A model generated the notes under the pieces. The model was not told where the DNA came from, made no database searches, and worked only from the letters and a program-made list of their open reading frames with translations. Source: Paracoccaceae bacterium (GTDB lineage Bacteria > Pseudomonadota > Alphaproteobacteria > Rhodobacterales > Rhodobacteraceae). Taken from it: DNA of 64,000 nucleotides. Both the position numbers and the translations under genes were made by a program. Shown piece by piece: positions 36,269 to 47,797 of this stretch (position 1 is its first letter; every line of letters begins with the position of its first letter). The stretch spans positions 81,102 to 145,101 of the forward strand of contig JACSRN010000132.1 in NCBI GenBank assembly GCA_014879735.1, given 5' to 3'.

Positions 36269-36684
36269 ACCACTGGCTTTTCAAATCCGAACCCGATGCC
36301 TGGAGCTGGGACCAGCAGGTCGCGCGCGGCGCGGCCGGTGAAGAATGGCACGGCGTGCGCAACTATCAGGCCCGCAACAACATGCGGGCGATGAAGATTG
36401 GCGACCGCGGCTTCTACTACCATTCCAATATCGGGAAGGAGATCATCGGCATCGTCGAAGTCTGCCGCGAAAGTACGCCCGACAGCACCACCGACGATCC
36501 GCGCTGGGATTGCGTCTGGATTCGGGCGGTCAAACCATTGGCGCGGCCGGTCACGCTGGAGGATGTCAAGGTCACGCCGGGGCTGGAGCAAATGGTTCTG
36601 GCCACGAACAGCCGCCTGTCGGTGCAGCCGGTCCGGCCCGAGGAATGGGATCTGATTTGCCGCATGGGCGGGGTCGAGCCTTGA
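36265..36684 (+). CDS. EVE domain protein
   Basis: WLFKSEP..WSW, WHGVRNYQARNNMRAMKIGD..FYYHS, NSRLSVQPV. Confidence 0.92.
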   Translation: MNHWLFKSEPDAWSWDQQVARGAAGEEWHGVRNYQARNNMRAMKIGDRGFYYHSNIGKEIIGIVEVCRESTPDSTTDDPRWDCVWIRAVKPLARPVTLEDVKVTPGLEQMVLATNSRLSVQPVRPEEWDLICRMGGVEP

Positions 36685-36685
36685 T

Positions 36686-36733
36686 GTTCGCTTTATGTTC
36701 TCATTCCGGGTTGAAAAAGTTCCGATAATGTTC
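36686..36733 (+). promoter_or_regulatory. Two alphaproteobacterial LexA (SOS) boxes, GTTC-N7-GTTC, overlapping a sigma70-like promoter
   Basis: GTTCgctttatGTTC (36686-36700) and GTTCcgataatGTTC (36719-36733); TTGAAA at 36711, 17-bp spacer, TATATC at 36734. Confidence 0.82.
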
Positions 36734-36767
36734 TATATCTGGTTCCTGCCCCAAGGGAGCCAGACCC

Positions 36768-37064
36768 ATGGAACATGCCACCTTCGCCCTGCCCGTGACC
36801 GACCGCCAGCTCAGCTATGCCCGTGCGCTGGCACTGAAGAACCAGACCGTGCTGCCCTGGACGGTACAGCAAGACCGCCGGATGCTCAGCGCCTGGATCG
36901 AGGAACAGTCGAAGCTGCGCCCCTCGGCCGCGCTGGACGCATTGCCAAGTTCAAAACAGGTCGCCTTTGCCGAACGGCTGGCGCGGATCAAGCGTCGTGC
37001 CGTGCCGGACGAGTGCTTTCGCGACAAGGGCCTGATGTCGCGCTGGATCGATTCGAACCGATAG
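36768..37064 (+). CDS. Small two-repeat hypothetical protein, probably SOS-inducible
   Basis: AAGGGAG RBS; ungapped 50-aa internal repeat. Confidence 0.8.
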   Translation: MEHATFALPVTDRQLSYARALALKNQTVLPWTVQQDRRMLSAWIEEQSKLRPSAALDALPSSKQVAFAERLARIKRRAVPDECFRDKGLMSRWIDSNR

Positions 37065-37685
37065 GTCGGATGCGACGCGCTTGCTGCAATGCCGGGGCGG
37101 CTGTGATCGGACGCGGGCCATCCCCGTCGCGCGATGCTGCAAGGGAAGCGTCGTGACCCCTTTTGCCGCATTCGAAAGCGTTCTCGACAGCTTCGGCCAA
37201 GGCGCTGCGTGCTGCCGCCGGATCAGTCGCCGGGGCAGCCGGTCCGGATGACGCGGCCAACCGCCGATCGGGCCATTGCAATCCAATACGGCCGGGAACG
37301 TTGGCGCAGTCCATCGCGCTGGGGTCGGCGCCAGCGCGGCTTGCCTCTGTGAGAAACCCGCCGCGGCAGTACAGCAGGCGGCGCCACGGGGTGGCCTTGC
37401 CACGGCCTTTTCCCAGCCTTGCCTGACATCGCGCCAACCGGGCCGCGCCCACGGATCCGGTGCCACGCCCGATGCGGTGATCCAGGGTCCGGATCGCCCG
37501 GACATGCGTGAAGCCAGGCGCGGCCGTCACGGTGCCGGGCGGTACCTGTCCCGGCCTGGCTCATCCGCCCGAGGAGACCGTTTTGCGCTGACCCCGGCGA
37601 ATGGCGGAACGCCGGGATGGCCGGACAGATCGGCGGCAAGCCGGTTTATGCCGCTCTGGTTCCTGCCCGGGACCGATCCGGCCGG

Positions 37686-38030
37686 TCATTCGCCGAAATA
37701 GCGGCCGCGCTTGATATAGGCGTCGGGCACACAGGGCCGCACCTGCCCCAGAACGTGCTCCGCCTGCGACTTCGACAGGTTGGGAACTGCGTCGGCGATG
37801 AACACCGTGCCGCGGCCATTCGGGTTAAACCCGTCGAACTTGCCCACGAAATCGGACCAGGCCGAGTATCCGCAGGGTGCCAGCGCCGTGTCGAGATAGC
37901 GGGCACGGTCCAGCGCCGCATCGGCCCATTCGAAGGGCGGATGATCGACATAGCTGACAATCACAAACCATTCGTCTGCCGCTGCCGCAGCAGGCAGGCA
38001 GACCGTCAGGACAAGGGCGGAAAGGCGCAT
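37686..38030 (-). CDS. Hypothetical secreted protein, possibly SPOR-like fold
   Basis: Signal peptide MRLSALVLTVCLPAAAAA; C-terminal CVPDAYIK. The fold is a guess. Confidence 0.55.
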   Translation of the reverse strand: MRLSALVLTVCLPAAAAADEWFVIVSYVDHPPFEWADAALDRARYLDTALAPCGYSAWSDFVGKFDGFNPNGRGTVFIADAVPNLSKSQAEHVLGQVRPCVPDAYIKRGRYFGE

Positions 38031-38091
38031 CGAAATCTCCAGCATGAAATGCCGCCAGTCTCGCGCGCCGCGCCGATTCTGTCGAGCGCGA

Positions 38092-40572
<2,481 letters not shown>

Positions 40573-40623
40573 TTATACCGGCTTGGCCCGGGATTGTCAC
40601 GCGAGTGACCCCAGATTTTGTGG

Positions 40624-41244
40624 TCAAAGGAAGGGGATAACCAATCCGACCGCGATCAGCAGCACACCCGATCCCACGTTCATCCGCCGCATCGCCGCGG
40701 GCGAAGACAGCAGCCGCCGCGCCCGGTCAAGAAAGTATGCAAGGCCGAGATTGCCGATCATCGGGATCGCGGTCGAGACACCGATGATCAGCGCGATGTC
40801 GACCGGGGTCAGTCCGTCCAGCGCAAAAAAGCCCGGCAGCGCGCCCATGTAGAACAGGATGGCCTTGGGATTTCCGACCACCGCCGCAACCCCGACCGAG
40901 AAACCGGCCCAGACCCCTGGCCGGGTCAGCCGGCTGTCGGCCGACAGGCTGGTGGCGGGCTTTCTCAGCAACAGGAAACCCATGGCCAGGAAGACGCCGG
41001 CCGCCACCCAACGCAGCACGGCAATGAAATCGCCATAGACCGACACGATCCAGGACAGCCCGAGAATCGCGGCCAGCGGCCAGACCAGATCGCCAAGCGC
41101 GACCCCGACCGCAAGCGGCCAAGCCGCCGCAAAGCCGCCCGACAGTGCCCGCGCCATCAGCGCCACCCAGACCGGCCCGGGCACAGCCCAGAGCCCGGCC
41201 ATGCCCAGAGCATAAAGCCCCAGTTGGTAAAGCGTGATCGTCAT
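40624..41244 (-). CDS. LysE/RhtB family translocator
   Basis: VPGP.WVA, G.ALGDLVW, VGNPKAILFY; TGATG coupling to the upstream gene. Confidence 0.85.
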   Translation of the reverse strand: MTITLYQLGLYALGMAGLWAVPGPVWVALMARALSGGFAAAWPLAVGVALGDLVWPLAAILGLSWIVSVYGDFIAVLRWVAAGVFLAMGFLLLRKPATSLSADSRLTRPGVWAGFSVGVAAVVGNPKAILFYMGALPGFFALDGLTPVDIALIIGVSTAIPMIGNLGLAYFLDRARRLLSSPAAMRRMNVGSGVLLIAVGLVIPFL

Positions 41245-42191
41245 CAGAACAGCGGCCCCAGAAGATCGAGCGTCGCCCCCTCGTCCCAGGGCTCGCCCGT
41301 CAGGGTCAGGACCATCAGGCTTTCGGCGCGCTCCTGCCGGATAGCACCTGTTCGCGCGCCCTGCATATCGGCCCAGATCATCGGATTTCGTACCGGCCGA
41401 AACCCTGTCGCCGCATAGAGCGCCGCGGTTCCGAACAGCAGGGCATGGCATGCCTGCGTCGTCCGCAACCGCTGCAATGCTGCCTGCACCAGTTGCCCGG
41501 CCAGCCCGCGGCCACGGCAGCTGGGGTCGGTTGCAACCTCGGCCAATGCGCCCACGGTCAGCAGCCGGTCGCCCAGCCGAACGGCACGCAGCTGTACCGC
41601 GACATGGGCCGCAATCCGGCCGTCCTCGCGGATCAGATGCCGCCAGCCGTGCCGGATCTGGTGGTAGCTGCGCCCGTCGAAGCCGGCAAAGCAGCGCGAC
41701 AGCAAATCGGCAATCGCGGTTTCGGTCTCCGGCGTCAACTCGGCCTCGGCAAGGGTCTCTGCATCGCCAGGCAGCGTCAGGCTGCCATCGGCGGCAAGAG
41801 GCCAGAACGGATTGCGCGCCACCTCCCAGACATGGCCATCTGCATCCGCCCAATAGCCGGAATAGCCACCCCAGAACACGGCGGCCGGCGCCTTCAGGGC
41901 CGTTCCCCCGGCCGCCAGAGCCGCCGCATAGGCGGCATCGACCTCGGCCTCGGTGGCAAAATTCTGCGCCAGCGTCAACGCCCCGCTGCCAAGCATTGCG
42001 CCAGGCCGGCCCTGATCGGCCGCCAGATCGGCCCGCCCAAACAGCGCCAGAACCTGACCGTTCAACTGAAAGAACGCCACGCCCGGCTGGCTGTCACGAT
42101 GCTCGACCCAGCCCAGCCGGGCATAGAAGGCGCGCGCCGCCGGCAGATCAGCCACGCCAAGGGTCAGAAGCGTCACACGCTGCGGAATCAT
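41244..42191 (-). CDS. VOC/glyoxalase - GNAT acetyltransferase fusion
   Basis: Residues 1-142: VTLLTLGVADL..A..FY, FWGGYSGYWADADGHVWEVA.NPFW. Residues 143-315: LAEVATDP..RGRGLA (acetyl-CoA motif A). No stop between the two. Confidence 0.8.
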   Translation of the reverse strand: MIPQRVTLLTLGVADLPAARAFYARLGWVEHRDSQPGVAFFQLNGQVLALFGRADLAADQGRPGAMLGSGALTLAQNFATEAEVDAAYAAALAAGGTALKAPAAVFWGGYSGYWADADGHVWEVARNPFWPLAADGSLTLPGDAETLAEAELTPETETAIADLLSRCFAGFDGRSYHQIRHGWRHLIREDGRIAAHVAVQLRAVRLGDRLLTVGALAEVATDPSCRGRGLAGQLVQAALQRLRTTQACHALLFGTAALYAATGFRPVRNPMIWADMQGARTGAIRQERAESLMVLTLTGEPWDEGATLDLLGPLF

Positions 42192-43282
42192 CCGGAAATC
42201 CTCGATAGCCCGTTGTCTTCAGTCACGCTGAACCGTTGCGCCCTGCCACCGAGGCCATCGAAAAGCGCTGGCTCGGTGCCGGTCATCAGCGCTTGCGCGC
42301 CGAGATCGGAAATTTCGTCATATAGCGCTGCGCGGCGGTCAGGGTCGAGATGCGCCGCCACCTCGTCCAGCAAAAGCACCGGCGCCCGCCCCAGATCGGC
42401 CGCCAGCGCGCGCGCATTGGCAAGAATCAGGCTGATGAGAAGGGCCTTCTGCTCGCCGGTCGAACAACGTTCTGCCGGCACGCCCTTGGCGGTATAGACC
42501 GCCCCCAGATCGGCGCGGTGCGGCCCGATCAGCGTGCGCCCGGCCGCCATGTCGCGGCGGCGCCCCTCGGCCAGGGCAAGGGCCAGATCCCCACCCCCGC
42601 CTTCCGCCTCGCCGAGGGAAAGCGTCAGCTCCGACCGCGGAAAGGCCGTTTCGGCATCGGCCTGCGCAGCGCCAAGCCGCGCGATCGTCGCTTGCCGATT
42701 GTCGGTCAAGGATGTACCGGCCGCGGCCATCCGCGCCTCCAGCACCGCATACCAGCGCGGATCCGCCACCTCGTCGCGCAGCAGACGATTGCGCTCGCGC
42801 ATGGCTTTTTCGTAATCGAGCGCCGTCTGCGCATGGTCGGGGAAGAACGACAGCGCCATCCGGTCGAGAAAGCGCCGCCGGCCCTCTGCTGCCTCGGTCC
42901 ACAGCCGGTCCATCGCCGGCACCAGCCACAGGATCCGCAAGATCCGGCCCAGCGACACCTGCGTCGCCGCCTTGCCGTCGACCCGCACTTGCCGTGCCTC
43001 CAATCCGTCGGCCCAGGTCTCGAGATCATGCCCCGCGTCAAATCCGAACACTTGTGCGGAAACCTTCCAGCCAATGCTTTCCGGCCGCCGCGCCAACTCG
43101 TCGCTTGCCGCGCGGCGCAACCCGCGGCCCGGCGAAAGAAGCGATATCGCCTCCAGGATATTGGTCTTCCCCGCGCCGTTCGGACCGACAATCGCCACCG
43201 GCCGACCGTCGAAATCCAGCTGCGCTGCACGGTGGCTGCGGAAATGCGACAGGACCAGCGCGGTGACGGCAAGTCCACTCAC
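42188..43282 (-). CDS. recF: DNA replication/repair protein RecF
   Basis: GPNGAGKTNILEAISLLSPGRG, GPHRADL, STGEQKALL, LLDEVAAHLD; GTG start chosen. Confidence 0.95.
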   Translation of the reverse strand: MSGLAVTALVLSHFRSHRAAQLDFDGRPVAIVGPNGAGKTNILEAISLLSPGRGLRRAASDELARRPESIGWKVSAQVFGFDAGHDLETWADGLEARQVRVDGKAATQVSLGRILRILWLVPAMDRLWTEAAEGRRRFLDRMALSFFPDHAQTALDYEKAMRERNRLLRDEVADPRWYAVLEARMAAAGTSLTDNRQATIARLGAAQADAETAFPRSELTLSLGEAEGGGGDLALALAEGRRRDMAAGRTLIGPHRADLGAVYTAKGVPAERCSTGEQKALLISLILANARALAADLGRAPVLLLDEVAAHLDPDRRAALYDEISDLGAQALMTGTEPALFDGLGGRAQRFSVTEDNGLSRISG

Positions 43283-43398
43283 CCTGCTGTCTCCACTCTT
43301 TGCCCGAATATTCTCGAAGGGCATGGTCTGGCCTCAAGCCATCTGTCCCGGCAAACCGGCAGCATCAAGGATGCAAGGCTGGGCCGGCCAGCCGTTTG

Positions 43399-44517
43399 TC
43401 ACACACGCATCGGCATCACGACATAGACCGCGCTCATGTCGTTGCCTTCGCGCATCAGTGTCGGATCGCCGGATGAATTGAACAGGAACACCGCATTCTC
43501 GCGATCAACCTGGCTTGCGATCTCAAGCAAGTATTTGGCGTTGAAGCCGATTTCCAACCGCTCGTCGGCATAGGCAACCGCCAGTTCCTCTTCCGCGGCA
43601 CCGCTGTCGGGGGCATTCACCGACAGGATCAGCCGGTCCTCGTCCAGACTCAGCTTCACCGCGCGGCTGCGCTCGGAAGACACGGTGGCCACGCGATCGA
43701 CCGCCTTGGCGAATTCCGTCGCATCGACCTCAAGCCGGCGCGTGTTGTGCATCGGAATGACGCGGGTGTAATCGGGAAAGGTGCCGTCGATCACCTTCGA
43801 TGTCAGCGTGATCTCTGGCGTGGCAAACCGAACTTTCGTTTCTGAAACCGAAACCGCGATCTGCGCTTCGTCGTCATCCAGAAGCTTGCGCAACTCGCCC
43901 ACGGTCTTGCGCGGCACGATCACGCCCGGCATGCCTTCGGCGCGGGGTGGCAGCGGCGCGTCGATCCGGGCCAGCCGGTGGCCGTCGGTCGCCACGCAGC
44001 GCAGCACCGGACCTTCCTCTCCCTGCGCCACATGCATATAGACGCCGTTGAGGTAATAGCGTGTTTCCTCGGTCGAGATGGCGAATTTCGCCTTGTCGAA
44101 CAGGCGGCGCAGTTCCGGCGCCTTGGCGGTGAAATTCGTCGTGTATTCCGACGAGGCCATCACCGGGAAATCCTCTTTCGGCAGCGTCGCCAGCGAAAAC
44201 GTCGACCGGCCCGCGGTGATCGTCAGCCGGCCGGAGGTCGTGTCTTCGGTCAGGCTGACCAGCGCGCCATCGGGCAGCTTGCGCACGATTTCATGCAGCA
44301 TCACCGCCGAAACCGTGGTGGCACCGGGGCGTTCGACCATTGCCGCCGTGCGGTCCACCACCTCGATGTCGAGGTCGGTCGCCCGGAAAGAGATCTGTGC
44401 GCCCTCGGCCTCGATCAGCACATTGGCAAGAATCGGAATCGTGTTCCGGCGCTCCACCACCGACTGGGCTTGCGCCAGCGCCTTCAAAAGCGTTGCGCGT
44501 TCGATCGAGAATTTCAT
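43399..44517 (-). CDS. dnaN: DNA polymerase III beta clamp
   Basis: VERRNTIPILANV, ATDLD, TEETRYYLNG, ATDGHRLA, IDGTFPDY, VMPMRV. Confidence 0.97.
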   Translation of the reverse strand: MKFSIERATLLKALAQAQSVVERRNTIPILANVLIEAEGAQISFRATDLDIEVVDRTAAMVERPGATTVSAVMLHEIVRKLPDGALVSLTEDTTSGRLTITAGRSTFSLATLPKEDFPVMASSEYTTNFTAKAPELRRLFDKAKFAISTEETRYYLNGVYMHVAQGEEGPVLRCVATDGHRLARIDAPLPPRAEGMPGVIVPRKTVGELRKLLDDDEAQIAVSVSETKVRFATPEITLTSKVIDGTFPDYTRVIPMHNTRRLEVDATEFAKAVDRVATVSSERSRAVKLSLDEDRLILSVNAPDSGAAEEELAVAYADERLEIGFNAKYLLEIASQVDRENAVFLFNSSGDPTLMREGNDMSAVYVVMPMRV

Positions 44518-44693
44518 TCCTTTATCCCCCAGTCCGGCCGCACGGGCGCACCGGACAATCCGGCTCGCGCCGGGTCACATGTTGGCAAGACTTTGCGGGG
44601 CTTTCACAATGCCGTCAAGGGCGCGAGGTGACGGTCGAAAGGCCGCAAGAGTTTTCGGAAACCTCTGCAAATTCCATCGGAAAACCTTGCGGC

Positions 44694-46052
44694 TCACCCC
44701 TGCAGCAGCCGCCGCAGCAACTGGATGTCATCGGCAAGCTGGCTGTCGGTCGCGGCAAGCTCCTCGATCTTCCGCACGCCATGCATGATCGTCGTGTGAT
44801 CGCGCCCGCCGAAGCGCCGGCCGATCTCTGGCAGCGAGCGGCTGGTCAGTTGCTTTGCCAGATACATCGCCACCTGCCGCGGCCGCGCGATGGTGCGCAG
44901 GCGCTTGGGTCCGATCAGATCGCTGAGGCGCACATTGTAATGCTCTGCCACCTTGCGCTGGATTTCCTCGATCGTCAGCTTGCGGTCCGAGGCACGCAGG
45001 ATATCGGCCAAGCAATCCTGCGCCAGATCCAGCGTGATCTCGCGCCCGACCAGCGAGGCAAAGGCGTAAAGCCGGGTCAGCGCGCCTTCCAGCACGCGGA
45101 CATTGGTGGTGATCCGATGCGCAAGAAACTCCGTCACGCCCTGCGGAACCACAAGGCCACGGTACTGCCCGCGGTAATATTCCGCCTTCTGCTGCAGAAT
45201 GCCCAGGCGCAGTTCATAGTCTGTCGGGTGAAGATCGACGACCAGGCCGCATTGCAGGCGGCTCTTGATCCGGTCCTCCAGATCCTTGATTTCGCCCGGC
45301 GCACGGTCTGCCGAGATGACGATCTGCTTGTTCTGATCCACCAGCGCATTGAAGGTGTGGAAGAATTCCTCCTGCGTCGAATCCTTGCCGGCGATGAATT
45401 GCACATCATCGACCATCAGCACATCGACCGAGCGGAACAACGACTTGAAGTCCATGACCTGCTTGTCGCGCAGCGCCTGGACAAAGCGGTACATGAACTG
45501 TTCGGCCGACAGGTACAGGACGCGCCGCTCGGGGTGCCGTTCGCGCAGTTCATGCGCGATGGCATGCATCAGATGGGTCTTGCCGAGGCCGACCCCGCCA
45601 TAAAGAAACAACGGATTGAACGTGACAGGCCCGCCCTCGGCCACCCGGCGCGCGGCGGCATGGGCCAGTTCGTTGGGCTTGCCAACGACGAAGCTGTCAA
45701 AGGTGAACCGCGCATCAAGCGGCGCGCCGGGAAGCTCCTCGTCGGGCACGGCCACTGGGCGGGCCACGCTGCGGGCCGGTCGCGCGGCAGCGGCGCGGGG
45801 TGCGGCCGCTTCGCCCCCCACCGAAAACTCAACCCGGTCGACCTCTGCCCCCGTGGTCAGAAGGTGACTGCGGATATGATCGGCAAAGTTGCGCTGCACC
45901 CAGTCGCCATGAAAACTGGTCGGCACTTCAAATCGGGCGACGCCATTTTTCAGTTGCGATAGGCGAAGCGGCTCGATCCAGGTCCTGTAGTTGTTCTGCC
46001 CGACGCGATTGATCAGACCTTCACGAATCTGGTCCCACGTTTCGTTTGTCAT
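44694..46052 (-). CDS. dnaA: Chromosomal replication initiator
   Basis: FNPLFLYGGVGLGKTHL, DDVQFIAGK, NVRVLEGAL, SLPEIGRRFGGRDHTT. Confidence 0.97.
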   Translation of the reverse strand: MTNETWDQIREGLINRVGQNNYRTWIEPLRLSQLKNGVARFEVPTSFHGDWVQRNFADHIRSHLLTTGAEVDRVEFSVGGEAAAPRAAAARPARSVARPVAVPDEELPGAPLDARFTFDSFVVGKPNELAHAAARRVAEGGPVTFNPLFLYGGVGLGKTHLMHAIAHELRERHPERRVLYLSAEQFMYRFVQALRDKQVMDFKSLFRSVDVLMVDDVQFIAGKDSTQEEFFHTFNALVDQNKQIVISADRAPGEIKDLEDRIKSRLQCGLVVDLHPTDYELRLGILQQKAEYYRGQYRGLVVPQGVTEFLAHRITTNVRVLEGALTRLYAFASLVGREITLDLAQDCLADILRASDRKLTIEEIQRKVAEHYNVRLSDLIGPKRLRTIARPRQVAMYLAKQLTSRSLPEIGRRFGGRDHTTIMHGVRKIEELAATDSQLADDIQLLRRLLQG

Positions 46053-46451
46053 TCTTTCCAGACCTGTACCCTTCCCGACCGCCGCAGCCCCCGCCGCAGG
46101 CGGCCCTTCGTGCGACGACACCTCCCATCCGGGCAGGAGTCAGCGCCGCCCAAGGGACGCGGAAAGGCGCGAGTCGGGCCGAACGGCCAACCCGCGGGAA
46201 TCACAGGGCGCTGAAAAGGCGCCATGCCGCAATTTCCTGGTCGCGAACCATTGCCCAGAGCCTGACCGGGTGGCAGCCCGATCGGTTCCTTGTGTCAGTC
46301 TGGTTCGCGTCCGTTCCTTGTCCCCCAAGGCGACGTGAATCGCAGGGGCAAGCTAGCAAGCCGTGCTTGGCCTGTGCAACCGAACAACGTGCTTGACAGG
46401 CGCTCTGCCCCCGCGAATCCCGTAGCCTTGGCAAAAGGGCCACGTCCGCCC

Positions 46452-46488
46452 GAAAAACAGACAGGGCGCACCCTGCGGATGCGCCCTG
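46452..46488 (-). terminator. Terminator after rpsT
   Basis: cagggcgca/tgcgccctg stem followed on the minus strand by tctgttttt. Confidence 0.65.
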
Positions 46489-46518
46489 AAACTGGTCTTA
46501 AATCAAATGGTTGGCAGA

Positions 46519-46791
46519 TCAGGCCTTGGCGCCAAGCGCCTTCACGCGCGACGACAGCCGCGACATTTTGCGCGCCACGGTGTTCTTGTGCAGAACCCCC
46601 TTGGTCACGCCGCGCGCCAGTTCCGGCTGGGCCGCCTTCAGGGCTTCGGCGGCGACAGCCTGGTCGCCCGAGACGAGAGCCTCCTCGACCTTGCGAAGGA
46701 AGGTGCGGATGCGCGAGCGGCGCGCCTTGTTCACATCATAGCGGGCTTCGGATTGGCGGGCGCGCTTCTTGGACTGTTCGGTATTGGCCAT
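46519..46791 (-). CDS. rpsT: 30S ribosomal protein S20
   Basis: [29 protein letters not shown]. Confidence 0.96.
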   Translation of the reverse strand: MANTEQSKKRARQSEARYDVNKARRSRIRTFLRKVEEALVSGDQAVAAEALKAAQPELARGVTKGVLHKNTVARKMSRLSSRVKALGAKA

Positions 46792-46930
46792 TGGCTCTCT
46801 CGGGTTTTCATTTGCATTTCGGTCGCATGAAAACCCAAGGCCCCGTCAGGGACGGGAATCGATCACGCCTAAGCGGGCCCACACGCATGTGGCGCGCCGG
46901 ATACCGTGACCCGGCCGGAATTGCAAGCCT

Positions 46931-47707
46931 TCAACGGTCGCGAAACTGCGGCTGCCGCTTTTCCAGAAAGGCGGCCATGCCTTCCTTCTGGTCTTCGGTT
47001 GCAAAGGCCGCATGGAACATCCGCCGTTCGAACAGCAGACCCTCGGCAAGGCTGGTTTCTTCGGCACGGTTGACCGATTCCTTCACCAGCATCGCCGTGA
47101 TCATGGATTTCTCCGAGATCCTTGCCGCGATTTTCATCGCCTCTTCCAGCAACGATTTTGCCGGGAAGACCCGGCTGACCAGCCCCGACCGCTCGGCCTC
47201 GGCCGCATCCATGAACCGCCCGGTCAGATGCATGTCCATCGACTTCGACTTGCCGACCTGTCGCGTCAGCCGCTGGGTCCCCCCCATGCCCGCCACGATT
47301 CCGAGATTGATCTCCGGCTGGCCGAACTTGGCCGTATCGGCCGCCACGATGAAGTCGCACAGCATGGCCAGCTCACAGCCGCCGCCCAGGCAATAGCCGG
47401 AAACCGCCGCGATGATCGGCTTGCGCACGGCCATGATCGTGGCAGCCTGCGCCGCGAAGAGATTGTCGAAGAAGACATCGGCAAAGGACTTTTCCGCCAT
47501 CTCCTTCACATCGGCCCCGGCGGCGAAGGCTTTTTCGCTGCCGGTGATCACGATGCAGCGGATCTTGTCGTTGCGGTCGGCCGCCGTGACGGCCTGCGCC
47601 AGCTCGCCCATCAGCGCGGTGCTGAGGGCATTCATCGCCTCCGGGCGGTTCAGCCGGATCAGGCAGGTATAATCCACGATCTCGACGATCAGTGTCTGAT
47701 AGGCCAT
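46931..47707 (-). CDS. Enoyl-CoA hydratase
   Basis: [31 protein letters not shown]. Confidence 0.92.
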   Translation of the reverse strand: MAYQTLIVEIVDYTCLIRLNRPEAMNALSTALMGELAQAVTAADRNDKIRCIVITGSEKAFAAGADVKEMAEKSFADVFFDNLFAAQAATIMAVRKPIIAAVSGYCLGGGCELAMLCDFIVAADTAKFGQPEINLGIVAGMGGTQRLTRQVGKSKSMDMHLTGRFMDAAEAERSGLVSRVFPAKSLLEEAMKIAARISEKSMITAMLVKESVNRAEETSLAEGLLFERRMFHAAFATEDQKEGMAAFLEKRQPQFRDR

Positions 47708-47797
47708 GGCATGCCTCCCGTTTCACGTTCGCGTGAGTCCTATCAGTCCGGCAGCCAAGCGCAAGCGGCGGGACACGGCGTCACGGCATCGTGGCGG

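Noticed and set aside
44518-46518. oriC next to dnaA
   Set aside because: No cluster of TTATCCACA boxes and no AT-rich unwinding element in the dnaA-dnaN or rpsT-dnaA spacers. The TTATCCCCC at about 44522 is just the dnaN RBS region.
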